The notes under the pieces are model-generated. The model saw only the letters and a list, made by a program, of their open reading frames with translations, made no database searches and was not told the origin of the DNA. Of a stretch of 64,000 bases of DNA, positions 26,631 to 39,652 are shown piece after piece. Position 1 is the first letter of the stretch, and each line of letters begins with the position of its first letter. A program made the position numbers and the translations under genes. This DNA comes from Podarcis liolepis (taxonomy: Eukaryota), in NCBI GenBank assembly GCA_965112155.1, contig OZ218101.1. One strand, written 5' to 3'.

Positions 26631-26825
26631 AAGTAGAATAAACATTATGAATTGTGTGTGCTTTTAATATATGTATTCTTTGTTGGTGTAATTTGGGAAT
26701 ATGTGCAAAATTGCACTAACTGCTTGGTTTGTCTCCAGTTGCCCTTCTCCCGTGTGTGATTTCTGTTCAGGGCTAGGACAACAGCTGTGGTGAGTCTTTT
26801 GAAGCAGCTAAAGGCTAAAGGCCTC

Positions 26826-27148
26826 TAGCAGTGTGGTGTAGTGGTTAAGAGCAATAGACTCATAATCTGGGGAACCGGGTTCGCGTCTCCGCTCCTCCAC
26901 ATGCAGCTGCTGGGTGATTTTGGGCTAGTCACACTTCTTCTTTCAGCCTCACTCACCTCACACAGTGTTTGTTGTGGGGAGGAAGGGAAAGGAGAATATT
27001 AGCCGCTTTGAGACTCCTTTGGGTAGTGATAAAGTGGGATATCAAATCCAAACTCCTCCTCCTCCTCCTCCTCCTCCTCCTCCTCCTCCTCCTCCTCCTC
27101 TTCTTCTTCTTCTTCTTCTTCTTCTTCTTCTTCTTCTTCTTCTTCTTC
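26826..27148 (+). mobile_element. tRNA-derived CORE SINE with (CCT)n(CTT)n tail (Squam3-like)
   Basis: A box TGGTGTAGTGG (26834-26844), B box-like GGTTCGCGTCT, CORE-like gctgggtga.tttgggctagtcac, L2-like end gccgctttgagactcc, trinucleotide tail 27053-27148. Confidence 0.85.
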
Positions 27149-30100
27149 ATGACTCACCCATCCTCCTTTTCTCCAAAGAATGTATGTACATGCTTGGGTG
27201 GGTATAAAGCCAAGGCTGCATTCAGTAGCAAAGCGGCAGCGAACAATGTGAGTGGTAGTGAATTGTGGTGGTGCCAACACCTGTGCCATATTTGTTTTCC
27301 TGCCTAAGAATGTGCAAAACTATACCTACAGCAGATGCAAGCTGATTGCCTTGCTGGAAGAGAACGCATTGCAACTTGAGACCTGCTTATCCAATTTTGA
27401 GCTATCAGAAAAGATGAGGAATTTCTCAGCAGAGCAGAGTGGACTGTCTTGGAGCAGCGACACAGCTGGGGTCCACCTAGGGAGGAGGAAGATCACTCAC
27501 TGAAGGAGATGAACTCCTGGAGGAACATGACACACAGAAGCAGAACTGTCAGGAGCCATGCTGTGTCACTGGAGCTGTAAAATTGATTCCATGCCCTCAC
27601 CTCAGACTCCTCTGGGCTAGAGGAGCAAGGACAGTAATTGCAGACCTTGGAACACAAGGAGGTAGCTGTGGAAGATACAGTGTACAGAATGATTCCTGCC
27701 ACTCCTAGAAGAGGAAGAGAGGTGTGGTGGTGGTAGGTGATTCCCTACTGATGGGGACAGAGGCAGCAGTGTGCAGCGGTAACAGGATGTCCTTGGAGGG
27801 TCTACAGCTCTTCCTTCAAGAACCAGTTGCTACTGTGACCCAAGCAATGCTAATACTATATGTTAAGAAGCAAACAAAGTTAGCATTCTTTTATATATAA
27901 AAAATCTGTGACATCTTTTCTCTGTACCTATTTTTCTTCAGAAATGCAATATTAACAGTGTTCACTGGATTTGTTTTCTCCCCACCCCTTCAATTTAGCT
28001 ATATTTGAATATATATATATATTTAAAAATGTGTTTCTCCCTTTTTAAAGGCAGAAAACAAATTTATTTACTTCTCTAGATACGAAGGATGTCATAAATG
28101 TCTGTTTCCATTGGAGAAAAGAAGTGACTAGATGAACAAGCTTATGCGGCACGTAAAATTACAGAGAACATTGCCCTGCTGAGTCCCTCTGATTCTCAGT
28201 TTCTGATCAGATCACATTTGCCTCCCAGTGGGCAACACAATGTAGCTTTAAGCCTGCAGTTTCAGATCATAGCAGGCAGGCATATCCCAAATGTGGCTTA
28301 TATGGCTTAGTGATGTACTTCCCAATGGGGAACACGATGCCTCTTTTAGCCAGCTTCATACCCTTTCATGTTCCCTGGTGAGGTTTCTACTGAGAGATGG
28401 TACTCCCAGTGTATGGTATTGGTATAAAGTCAATGGAATGCCCACAGGAAGGGAGAAATATCCATAACATGAAAGCCAGCATTAGTCATGCTCTGTGTAG
28501 ACCCATTGCCATTGATGCACTTCCACAACTTGCCCATTGATTTCAATGGGTTTGTGTGGAATAGGTCTCAGTTGGATGTCACCCATAAAAATAAAGGGAG
28601 AGATCTCTGAAGATTTTGCTCACAAAAAGGCAGCGGTGAGTTGTGGTTGGAACAAAAGACAGAACCAGAAAGGTGGTGGTGGCTTTGGTGTAAAGACATA
28701 ACTTTTATGTTCTGATTGCTGTAATGCTCTAGTAAGAACAAAAGGTATTTGAATTAAAGGACCTTGACACATGCTTTCTCCACAAGAAACACATTTTAAT
28801 TATATGCTCCATTTTCTTCCCCTTTATTTGTGTCATCTGCGCTGTGAATTCATTGAGAGATAAAAGATTTTCCCCTGACATGTTTGTATAACAACAAAGT
28901 AAGTCTGCGGCACTGCCATTTTCTAGAGTTACATATTTACTGGTTTGCATTCTTTCTCTCTCACCCTTGATTACATCAGAAATCACACTGTTTCAGCATT
29001 TCCCATCTTTCAAGCCAGCACAGGAAGAATGGATAACTACAGTGTTTATTTGTGATTGTTTCCAAACATGAGATCTGCCATAACATGCAGAAGAGGAAAG
29101 GAGAGTGTATTAGAATGAAATGAAGACTTTTAAAAGTCTTTTGAAATTAGTAACACAAAAACAAAAATATTGTCTAAGAATAACATATTGATTCTTTGAA
29201 CTGCATCCTGCACTGAATAGTTCCAAAGAACATGGCTGAACTGGTTTTTATAGGTTTTTATTATATTAGAATCTCACAGTTAAAAATCAGGGGTGTCTAA
29301 AAAACTTTAAGCATAAATATTTGGTGAGATATGCCATGCTAATGCTTACTTGAGCAGGAATATGACATTGTACAGTTCATAATGATGGGTTGAATCAGGT
29401 AGGGTTTCCCTCAAATGTTCTTCTCTACTTTGGAAATTAAATCAGGTAGTTCCTTTGTTGTGTGGTTTTCTGAAAACCATAACAGCAACATTTAAAACAT
29501 CAGGGAGCTTGAGAACTTTTGAGGGGCCAGGATACCAGGATAACTGATTCTTTATTCTGGATATCAGTTGCTCTGCAAAGTATACATCCCAGTACTCATT
29601 GCACATGGGATGTTGTTAATCATGCTGACAAGAAGGCAATCCATGGCATGTGCATTTTCCAGGGATCTTAATGTTCCTACTAAAGCACATTCCCCAGGAC
29701 TTTTGGTGCCTAGGATGCTGTTGCAGTCTTCAGGGTGCCACAGTAGGAGAGATAGCTCTTTGAGAAGCTCCAGTGAGAGCTTCCACTGCCAGTATTGGCA
29801 TAAGGTAGGAAGGGGTGGTGGGGTAGAGCACACACAAGGGCAGGAGATTGGAGGCATGCAAGGGGGTTGCTCAGTTCCCATCACACACACTGTGATTTCA
29901 ACAGGAGCACAGCAGAGCCCACCATTTGAATTTCAGCTTGGAGAAGCTAAACTGGTTTGGGGGCATGGGGGAGTTAATTCATATATTATTATTATTTTTT
30001 TGGGGGGAATAGCATAATATGCCAAACCCAATACCAAAGCCCCCAGCAGAGGCCATTTTGCCCATCACGAATGGAAAACTTGATTCCTTCCCTTGACTAT

Positions 30101-31060
30101 ACTCACTATTAGTTTATACATACACAGACAAGTCACAAACCAGACTTTTAACTTTGTAGCCCCAGGACTTTGCTGAGCAGCTGGTCACTTTCCATAGTAC
30201 TTTTTTTACTCTGGAAATCTTTAACTCTACAACAGTGCACTTAAGGCATTAATCACTTTCAAACAAACAGAAAATTCAAAGAAACAGGGAATTCATAGAA
30301 GACATCCATGACAGCTCACAGAGGCTGCTAGTAACACCAAACGAGAGAGCCCAGAGGCCATATTGTGAAGCCAGATTTGGGTGGGGGAGAGATATTATAC
30401 CAGTTCAAAATACTATCAGATATACTAGAAAAGTGTGTAGTCAAAGCAAAAAAAAGAAGAAGTGTGGAATAACTTGAAGATTATATTCATTTTATATTTT
30501 TAAAAAAAGATTTGGGCAGGGTAGGGGGGAGCCAGATACTGTATACAAATATCAATACATTTCCATTAGCTTAATTGGCACTGCTGTGTATTCTATAATA
30601 ATACTGAAATGTCTCACAAATTAATGATTGAAGCTGAGCTTCGTACAAAGGCAGTTGTCCTTCACCATGCATCCCAAATGTCTGCCCAGGGCCAGCTCAA
30701 GACATACTGCTGCCTGAGGCAAAGGACAAAATGGGGCCCTCCCACAAACCTCATACAGAAGCCAATTTAACTTGTAGTTAAATCTTACTCCATTACTGGA
30801 GCACTTGAGGGCAGCAGGCTAGGGTGGGTCTGTCAGGGCAGGCCACATGACACTCTCAGGTCTGTCTTATCTCCACACCTCAGCATTTGTCACCTGAGGC
30901 ATCTTCACCACTTCAGTGCTGGTCCACCCAAGGACACTTTTCTCTCTTTTCCTTGCCATTGCATACAGTGATGATATTCTGCCCATCAGACTGTAGGGTG
31001 CTGATGCTGAGCTTAGATAGTTTCACACTGACTACCATATTCAACCATCACAAAACTCTC

Positions 31061-31660
31061 TGTTGTTGTTGTTTAGTCGTTTAGTCGTGTCCAACTCTTC
31101 ATGACCCCATGGACCAGAGCACGCCAGGCACTCCTGTCTTCCACTGCCTCCCGCAGTTTGGTCAAACTCATGCTGGTAGCTTCGAGAACACTATCCAACC
31201 ATCTCGTCCTCTGTCGGCCCCTTCTCCTTGTGCCCTCAATCTTTACCAGCATCAGGGTCTTTTCCAGGGAGTCTTCTCTTCTCTTGAGGTGGCCAAAGTA
31301 TTGGAGCCTCAGCTTCAGGATCTGTCCTTCCAGTGAGCACTCAGGGCTGATTTCCTTAAGAATGGATAGGTTTGATCTTCTTGCAGTCCATGGGACTCTC
31401 AAGAGTCTCCTCCAGCACCATAATTCAAAAGCATTAATTCTTCAGCGATCAGCTTTCTTTATGGTCCAGCTCTCACTTCTATACATCACTACTGGGAAAA
31501 CCATAGCTTTAACTATATGGACCTTTGTCGGCAAGGTGATGTCTCTGCTTTTTAATATGCCATCCAGGTTTGACATTGCTTTTCTCCCAAGAAGCAGGCA
31601 TCTTTTAATTTCATGACTGCTGCCACCATCTGCAGTGATCACGAAGCCCAAGAAAGTAAA
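31061..31660 (-). mobile_element. BovB (RTE-clade) LINE, 5'-truncated
   Basis: ORFs 31442..31651 and 31073..31402 give EIKRCLLLGRKAM..LKSRDITLPTKVHIVKAMVFPVVMY and RVPWTARRSN.SILKEISP.CSLEG..LKL.LQYFGHL.RR..SLEKTLML.KIEG.RRRGRQR.RWLD, the BovB ORF C-terminus; (CAA)n tail; possible TSD AAAACTCTCT / AAAGCTCTCT. Confidence 0.96.
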
Positions 31661-32503
31661 AAAGCTCTCTATGCAAATACAAATAAGGTGGTTTTATTAT
31701 GCAAATATGTGTGTGCTTTAAAGAGACTGCCTTAATCTTGCATTGTGGGGGAACTGTCTTTATATCTACTGCTGCTGCTATCAATAACACCTACCGTATC
31801 ATTAAGCATGGATGCACCTGACATTGTCCTAGTCATATATGTCTCTGGGATTTACATCATGAAGATCTTCTAGAAGGCTCTTGTGCAGTATTAGGTTAAA
31901 TCCACAATGGAAAACTTCCCCTAGCATCTTTTGTGTGAGTTAAAGTATGCAAAGTTAAGGGCACTGGTGTGTCTATGGGCTGCCGCCTGCTTATATTCTA
32001 GCAGCCTCTTACACAGTTTCCAGTCTAAGGTTCCTTATTAAACATTCCTGATACAAAATCATTCCAGTTTGACAAGCAGTTTCCATGGTGACAGCATCGT
32101 CAAAAAAACCTGAAATGCTTTTGAATCTACATTGTCTGTTCTTCTGTGCATGTCATACTTGATCAGTAAATTCACTATATAAACAATTGGATTCTGAACT
32201 ATTTTCCACATTTGGTAAAACCACACTACTCCTTGTTTTACTTTTTTATGTCCCAGGAGAGAATATAGACATTCAAATCAATGTAGCTTATATTTTTAAA
32301 TATTTCAAAAGTCTTTCTTCAAAGGATAGGCTCTTCATTAGATTCTTCATTGGATTCCCTTTCTTACTATTGACAATTTGCTATCCATTTCCTTCATGCT
32401 TTCCCGAAGCTGCAGTTTGAATAAATTGTTAATACCGGTACTCTTTCTTAAACCATCTCCTTTAGCAGTCTTTCTGCAGAGATGTACAGGCTAATCTTGT
32501 CAC

Positions 32504-32713
32504 CAGCAGTGGAGGAAGCAGCTCAGGCACCTGGGGCAGTGTGCCCAGGGGCGGGGTGAGCACCCATAGGGGCAGGGCGAGAGCAGGGCGCACTGCGGGG
32601 CCTCCAGAGTCTGCCTGCCTCCTCCCACTCAGCTGCCCTACAGCTGGGGAGGCAGCAGGCAGACCGTTTGGGCAGCGAAGAGTCTGTACATGCCCAAGCC
32701 ACCACGTCTCTCC
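32504..32713. mobile_element. GC-rich DNA-transposon fragment related to 12495-12764
   Basis: Sharp GC island; cccaagccaccacgtctc matches cccaagccacgcgtctc at about 12615. Confidence 0.5.
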
Positions 32714-32796
32714 AACAATTCCTTGAGGACTGCAGGTTCTCCATCTCTAGCAAAACAAATGTGGAAAGTTAGAGCAGAATATTCAGTGGAATAAAG

Positions 32797-33110
32797 CAGG
32801 AGTGGGGAACCTTAGGCCGGGAGCCAAACTGGACCCTACAATCCTCTATATCTGGCCCTCAGGACTTTTTCCACACCACCACCCTCCCTAGACTCTCACT
32901 GGCCCTGCTCCACACCCTTAAAGCAGGCACTCGCCTGGCTGCAATGTGTCCATGGACTCTGATGAAGCTTCTTGCTTTTCTTGAGTGTGTTAGTGTGCAT
33001 AGAAACTAACCTATTGCACAAAAGTAAAATCTGTATTTGTTATTCCAGCTCACTTTTCTTCTACCTATCAATGACTTGTAGCCTTGGAAGGCTGTCCAGA
33101 AGGAAATGCG
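32797..33110. mobile_element. hAT-like MITE, degraded
   Basis: caggagtggggaaccttaggcc start; homologous to 26270-26630. Confidence 0.5.
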
Positions 33111-33559
33111 TCCCCCCCCCCACACATTTGGCATGAAGGAGACAGGGAACATGGAAACTTAATACTTTAGAAACTGCACCTGAATCTTAACAAAGCTTGA
33201 GAATTCCCTGTTCACCTTCAGACTGATGAACTGCTTTATTTAAGCCAAGTCTCAAACAGCAGCAGACATAGTTTTTGCACATTGCCATTCCCACTTATAT
33301 GGTCACTCTGTTCACCCCAGGGGATGACTCAAATGATTTCTCCCTAGAGTATTGGGGTGGCATAAGTGGACAGCTGACCACTACAAACAGGAAGGGAGCA
33401 GGGATATATATTCCCACTCCTCTCCCTACTCCTCACCCCATTTTTGTTGTGGCACCCACCCTCCTTCCATTTTGCAGTGTGGGCTTTGCCATTCAACTGT
33501 TGAAGAAGCAGAGTAGGATTTTTTTTTTTGGGGGGGGGGCACAATTGGTCCAGTGCTCA

Positions 33560-33642
33560 TCTCCTCTCCTCTCCTCTCCTCTCTTCTCCTCTCTTCTCTT
33601 CTCTTCTTTTCTTCTTCTTCTTCTTTTTTTTTTTTTTTTTTT
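33560..33642. repeat. Polypyrimidine low-complexity tract ((CTCCT)n, (CTT)n, poly-T)
   Basis: Direct reading. Confidence 0.9.
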
Positions 33643-35072
33643 GTCTACTCCACACTGTTGGGAGTAATTTTGAAGTGGTGTAATTTGGCCTTTAGTCTGG
33701 GCAAGAAAGACAGTTTAAGATATGGAAAACTTTAATCCTTAAACGTTATGGAGCACAGGCACTCTGGAGCTGCCCTAGATTGTTCCTGCTTAGTGGGTGA
33801 CAGGGGCACCCTGTGGCCTGGGCACAAGCATTGTGGTGAACACCAAACTGGTAGGGCATGGTGCGCCTAACCCAAGGCTCATATAGCAAGGAGGAAAAAT
33901 TCCTTCCAATCCTTGCTCCCCACCTCAGAAGTTGTGAGAGAGATTATCCTCCCCACATAGGGAACTTTCCAGCTTGGACTATACTTTGTTTAGTTGAACT
34001 GCATCAAGTTAGGTTAATTGTTTTTTTTTAATTTTTCTGCAGATCCTCAAGTTTTCCTTAATGTTGTATTTAACAAATATAACCTTGTACCCAACTTAAA
34101 TCAGTGTCTCAAGTCTTCTTTGGTGTAGGTGTGATGGCAATGAGTGTAAAGAAGCTGCTTTTCTCTAAGACTACAAGTGAAACTGAGAAACACAAACTAA
34201 TTTCTTCCACATGATCTGCCTCAACATTTAATGACACAAAGTAGTTGCTGCAAGCAGCAGATTACAGATGAGGTGCCATCCTCCTAGCTTCAGCCTCCAT
34301 CTCTGTGTGTTATTTGAAAATGAACTCCAGCTCAGAGAAGGGGGCATCATTTTTAACTTTTCACTTCAACTGCAATATCTAAGGCTGGCAGTGCTTTCCC
34401 AGCAGGAATTCTGCCCTCTCCGCCTTGCAGGTTGCAAACAGAGGCTTGATTCCCTGTTTCGAAGGGATTCACATTCTTTCTTGACAGCAGCCAGATGTGA
34501 GGCAAGTTTGCAAACTGAAAATAAAACATTTTAGAGCAGAGGTCCTGGCTCCCATCTCTGCAGAGATCACCTGGGAATATTGCTTTATTGCAAAGCAATT
34601 CCAATCAAATAAATGCATAGGTGTAGCAGTAGCATCATCATAATCACTAGCTGTAAAGGGTTGGGAGCCCTTATCAGACAAAGCAATTTTGTATTATTTA
34701 CTCAGCATTGTCTTTTAAAATCATTTTAGTATGTTTGCTGTATTTTGTTTGGCTGGTAGTTTAGGCAATCAGCAAGGTGAAAAGGAAAAAAAAGGAAAGA
34801 AATGTTATAAAGGGAAGACTGTAGGCCAAATATCCTCTTTCCATAAATAAATCTTCTGTCTTGCATGGTTTGTGAGATTTTTTCCATGTGCTTGAATAAA
34901 AACTGCACTGAAAGGGATAAAGTGAAACTTACTTAATCCAGCCTTTTAAAACTAATTAATCAACACAGTTTGAACATATAACAAATGCATGTGCAAAAAA
35001 TATTACTTCAAAAATCTGTAAACTTTTGACACAAATCTAATTATGTGTTAACAGAGAGCAAGTATTGACAAG

Positions 35073-35076
<4 letters not shown>

Positions 35077-35119
<43 letters not shown>

Positions 35120-35350
35120 TTATTATTTATACCCCGCCCATCTGGCTGGGCTTCCCCAGCCACTCTGGGCGGCTTCCAAAAGAATATTAAAATACTATAA
35201 TACATCAAACATTAAAAGCTTCCCGAAACAGGGCTGCCTTCAGATGTCTTCTAAAAGCCTGGTAGCTGTTGTTCTCTTTGACATCTGGTGGGAGGGTGTT
35301 CCACAGGGAAGGCGCCACTACCGAGAAGGCCCTTTGCCTGGTTCCCTGTA
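35077..35350 (-). mobile_element. L2 3' fragment with (AAT)n tail
   Basis: Near-identical reverse complement of about 3155-3385. Confidence 0.92.
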
Positions 35351-35654
35351 CATCCATTATTTACAATTTAGCAAGTCTTAATAATATTCACCTCTCCTTT
35401 TCATTTTTTCTTGTATTGATACTATAAGAGATGAATGATATAGACATATGTGTATGTTACTCCAGTAACTGAAATTTGACTTCTAATGCATACATGAATT
35501 ATACTCCTTTTCTAATGTAACATTTTAAGGTAGAAACAGTTATTAAGCTATTCTGTTATTAATAATTATGCAATTCAGAAGAATATAATTCAAAACAAGG
35601 TATAGCTCTGCTCTGAATGTATTCATTTTTACAGTTTTACAATATTACAAGTGT

Positions 35655-36230
35655 AGCTCTCAGAGTTGCAATTCCCAGAATAGTTTAACAATCAATGCCT
35701 CTTCCCAGGGAACATTAGAAATTGTAGCTCTGTGAAGGCAATAGGGGTTGCCTAACAATTCTCATGGGATGCGGGTGGCACTGTGGATTAAACTACAGAG
35801 CCTAGGCCTTGCTGATCAGAAGGTCAGCGGTTCGAATCCCCGCGACGGGGTGAGCTCCCGTTGCTCGGTCCCTGCTCCTGCCAACCTAGCAGTTCAAAAG
35901 CACGTCAAAGTGCAAGTAGATAAATAGGTACCGCTCCGGCGGGAAGGTAAACAGCATTTCTGTGCGCTGCTCTGGTTTGCCAGAAGCTGCTTAGTCATGC
36001 TGGCCACATGACCTGGAAGCTGTACGCCGGCTCAGCCAAGAAAGTGAGATGAGCGCCGCAACCCCAGAGTTGGCCACGACTGGACCTAATGCTCAGGGGC
36101 CCCTTTACCTTTACCTTTAACAATTCTCAGCACCCTTAAGAAATAAACTACAACTCCCAGTATACTTTGCAGGAAGCCATGGCAGCTTAAAATGGTTTGA
36201 TAATATTTTAAATGTACGGTGCAGATGAGG
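35655..36230. mobile_element. Older dispersed repeat interrupted by a Sauria SINE
   Basis: The two halves rejoin to match the uninterrupted relative at 7480-7680. Confidence 0.6.
35766..36117 (+). mobile_element. Sauria SINE, full length
   Basis: GGGATGCGGGTGGC start, B box GGTTCGAATCC, (ACCTTT)n tail; perfect 12-bp TSD TAACAATTCTCA (35753-35764 / 36118-36129). Confidence 0.95.
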
Positions 36231-38380
36231 CACAAGTCTCAGATGGTCTTCCTCATCGACTGCTACCTATCCTGATTTTTAAAGTGGAGATGTCTATGGC
36301 TTTCTGCATGCCTGCGGCTTTCTTCTACCGAGTAAAAATTATTATTATTTTTAATTATTTTTATTAACTGGCCAATCACATCAAACCAAATCATATCACA
36401 TAAATTGCGAATTACAAAGCCGAACTTTAAATTTTGTTGGGGGGACCCATACTTCAAGATCCGAAGGGGGATTCTGATCATCTTCTTGCTGCTGTGTTAA
36501 TGTCCCAATCAGTCCAAATCAGTCCAAACAAAGTTCATAGTTCTATCCCATCTTATCTTGCTGTTTCCACATCACATCTTGTTCATATATTTTCTCTTTT
36601 TTCTTTAGGATCTCTTCTGATAGTCTCCTTAAGCCGATAAACACCAATAGTGAGTAAAAATTAATGTAAGTAGTTACCAGGCATATTTTTGGATCTTCTG
36701 AAAGTTAACAACATTCAAAATAGTTCTGTTTTTTATTATCACATTGGACTACTTTTCCAAGAGCACAGTATAGTATATATGCACCCCACACTTCTTCCAC
36801 AGGAAAACTGAGAGTGGATTGTCTTATGTTATCCTCACAACTTTATTATATAATGCAGACACCAATGAATGTATAAGTATTTGAACAAGGCCCTTCACAT
36901 CCTGCTGAAATGTTCTTCAAACTGTCTTAATATTTGAGGGCTGTGTAGTTTCCATTATAATGACATGACCATCATAGGCTTTGTTATGAATTGACCCCTG
37001 TTTCAATACACTCTCAATACCTAGTAAAATTTTAGAGACTTGAAAGGATTACAAATGCTTTGTCAGTTGCTGAGTTATTCTAATATTATAAATATAACAA
37101 GATTGTGCTTTAATCAATACTTTTAGAACAGAAGATGTTCCATGCAAAAACTACCTCCTCACAACAAAAGTTGAATACACTAACAGAAAAGTGCTATAAA
37201 TGTATACTCATAAGTAAATTTCATTAGTTTTCCTTGGGACTTACTCCCAATTAAGTTGGTATACCATTGCTGTCTTACTGGAGAGGTTTGCATTCTTGTT
37301 GCAGATGACCTTTCCATCTTTCTGCTCATTCCTAGGAAGTGCCTGAAGTAGCCTACCTATTTCCATAACAATAATTTGTGATTGTGCAAACAGAGGATTA
37401 CAGCAACGAATCTTCTTAGTACAAACCCACAGGAAGAGAAGATAGCTGTTGGGGAGAATGTTTAATGAACATTTATCTGCAGTAATTAGCCACTCTGGGA
37501 GAAAGATAGCCATGAACACACAATAGGCAAATTGGCATGTATTTTAATAACATTAATCTACTAAAGGGTTTAGCTTGAAAAGTCCTTTGAAAATAAATCT
37601 GAAGCACAAACTCCTCAGTGGAAGAATATTTAAAAGAAGTGTAACACGTAGGCACAGTGCAGCCATCTGGATTTAAAATGAATGATGAAATTAGACATTA
37701 GAAAGGAAATACTGATATAAAAGGACCGGAACTTCCTCCATTGCTCTGGTATTATGATAAGACCCAACACAAATCTTTTGCCTTTCTATTGGGCGATATG
37801 GTACGGCAACATTTGAGAGATTTTCTAAGGATTTGTAGAAGTGAGGTAACAAGATGGAAAAGAAACAGAAAATGGTAAGACAGAAACATTGTGTCCAGTT
37901 ATAAGTTTTAGAACTTTACAACATCTGTAGGAATGGCTAGTGTGGATCACAGGATCATTACAGCTCTATGTTGCAGAACCTCCTTACTCCTGATCCTACA
38001 ACCCATTACACTGATGTAAAACCTCTTATAAATCTCAGATCAAGGCTACACAAACTAAGAATTACATGGCAAAACACTCCCTATACTGCACAGGTAGGAG
38101 ATCCTATGACTGAATGTTCCCCCATATAGCCTTAGTCTGTGCTCGTAGAAGATTATATGTTCTGAGTATGACTAATGTTGGATAGGACCCATTATCTTCT
38201 ATTTTACCCACAAGCTACAGGCTTGTTTGCACAGTGAGAACTTACAGCCAGAGTTGCTGAAATCTTGCTCTCCAGGTATTTTTGAACTCCTAACTTTCAT
38301 CAGCTCCAGACAGCAGGACCAGTAGTCTGTAATGATGGAAATGTAGTCCAGCCCAGGACTGCAGGATTAGCTGCCATGTA

Positions 38381-38494
38381 CTCGGAAGCTGTACGCCGGC
38401 TCCCTCGGCCAATAAAGCAGATGAGCACCGCAACCCTAGAGTCGGTCACGACTGGACCTAATGGTCAGGTGTCCCTTTACCCTTTACCTTTACC
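38381..38494 (+). mobile_element. Sauria SINE 3' fragment
   Basis: ggaagctgtacgccggctccctcggccaa...gactggacctaatggtcagg..cctttaccctttacctttacc. Confidence 0.88.
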
Positions 38495-39157
38495 AAGGAT
38501 CACAAAAAAACATGCCCTAGAAATCACCTTTAAACAACTGGTTATTGGTGGTTATTAAGCAGAATAAAAAGCATGGTTTTTTTGTATTAAAATAAAATAC
38601 ATTTGCCTATATTTTAAAGCGTTGGGCACATTATCTGAATTAAAAACTTTTATTAATTTTACAAAACATTAACTATCATCCAAAGAACCGAAAGGTGTAT
38701 TTGTGTGAGATCATGCTGAGAAATTCCTACTAGGGATTCCTTTACATTCCAGGATTCGTTGAAATAACATGACTAATAAACTAGTTTAGGTATGTAGAAA
38801 TCCACCATTAATATAATGAACTTTTTTCTACCACAGCACCAGCTGTGCTCCACCATCACCACTGAAAAAGGAATATGCAGGAACTTCCATGATCTGATCT
38901 CATTCCATCTCTGTAACTTATTAATAAATCTACTGAAAATTCTCTTCAAAAAGGCAGAGTTTCATACATATAATATCCAATAATCTTTTCTTTGAGATTT
39001 AGATTTTACCCATAATATATGGCACAAACACATATATAATTAATAGCAGGTACTTTTTATTATGTGTCTGTATATATAATAACTATGTAATCAATTATAA
39101 TACAGAATTGGTTACAGACTTGTCCATTGCAGTTAGATTTCTTAAATTATTGTATCA

Positions 39158-39280
39158 TCCTTCCACAACCTGGTGTATTCCAGAACTTTTGGACTACAAC
39201 ATTGCTCATTGGTAACACTGGCTGGGGCTTATGGGTATTGTAGTCCAAAACATGTAGAAGGCAGAAAGTTGGAGAAGGCT
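39158..39280. mobile_element. Short palindromic MITE (ttggactacaa ... ttgtagtccaa family)
   Basis: Inverted arms; relatives at about 14625-14715, 38245-38352, 39835-39955 and 62795-62900. Confidence 0.6.
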
Positions 39281-39652
39281 AGCCTGTATTATCCTATGTA
39301 GTGTACAGCTGGTTCAAAAACCTTTGAAGGAAGTTGGTTAGCCCAAACATCTTCAGTAAAATAAAAAAAATAAAGAAATTAAAATGCACACTGAGTGAAA
39401 CTCATATTTTTGGAATGCCTGCAAATAAATATAATGCTTCTGGTGGCAACAGTAGCAAAAATCCATCCTGATCTTCAAGCCTTTGGGGGTCTTTGACACC
39501 ACTGATCTTAATAAATCTAGATTTTCAACTAGTAAATTTTCTATTGCTCTTCACATTTCAAGTAGCCGGTAGCTATTTAACCTTCACACAGCAGAACATA
39601 CACATATTTCTGAAATCAAATTACAGCCCATAGGGCAGGTTGAAGCAGTTAA

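Noticed and set aside
26953-27307. Poly-K/R, poly-P/L and poly-E ORFs
   Set aside because: Translations of the (CCT)n(CTT)n SINE tail
27310-27835. Purine-rich block that might be an old LTR
   Set aside because: Could not find convincing TG..CA termini with a TSD or a second copy
29568-30017. 149-aa ORF with an overlapping antisense ORF
   Set aside because: No homology I can recognise; starts at a non-ATG codon; probably chance
31101-31616. 171-aa and 155-aa (20326..20793) plus-strand ORFs that look like paralogous genes
   Set aside because: They are antisense frames of the two BovB fragments
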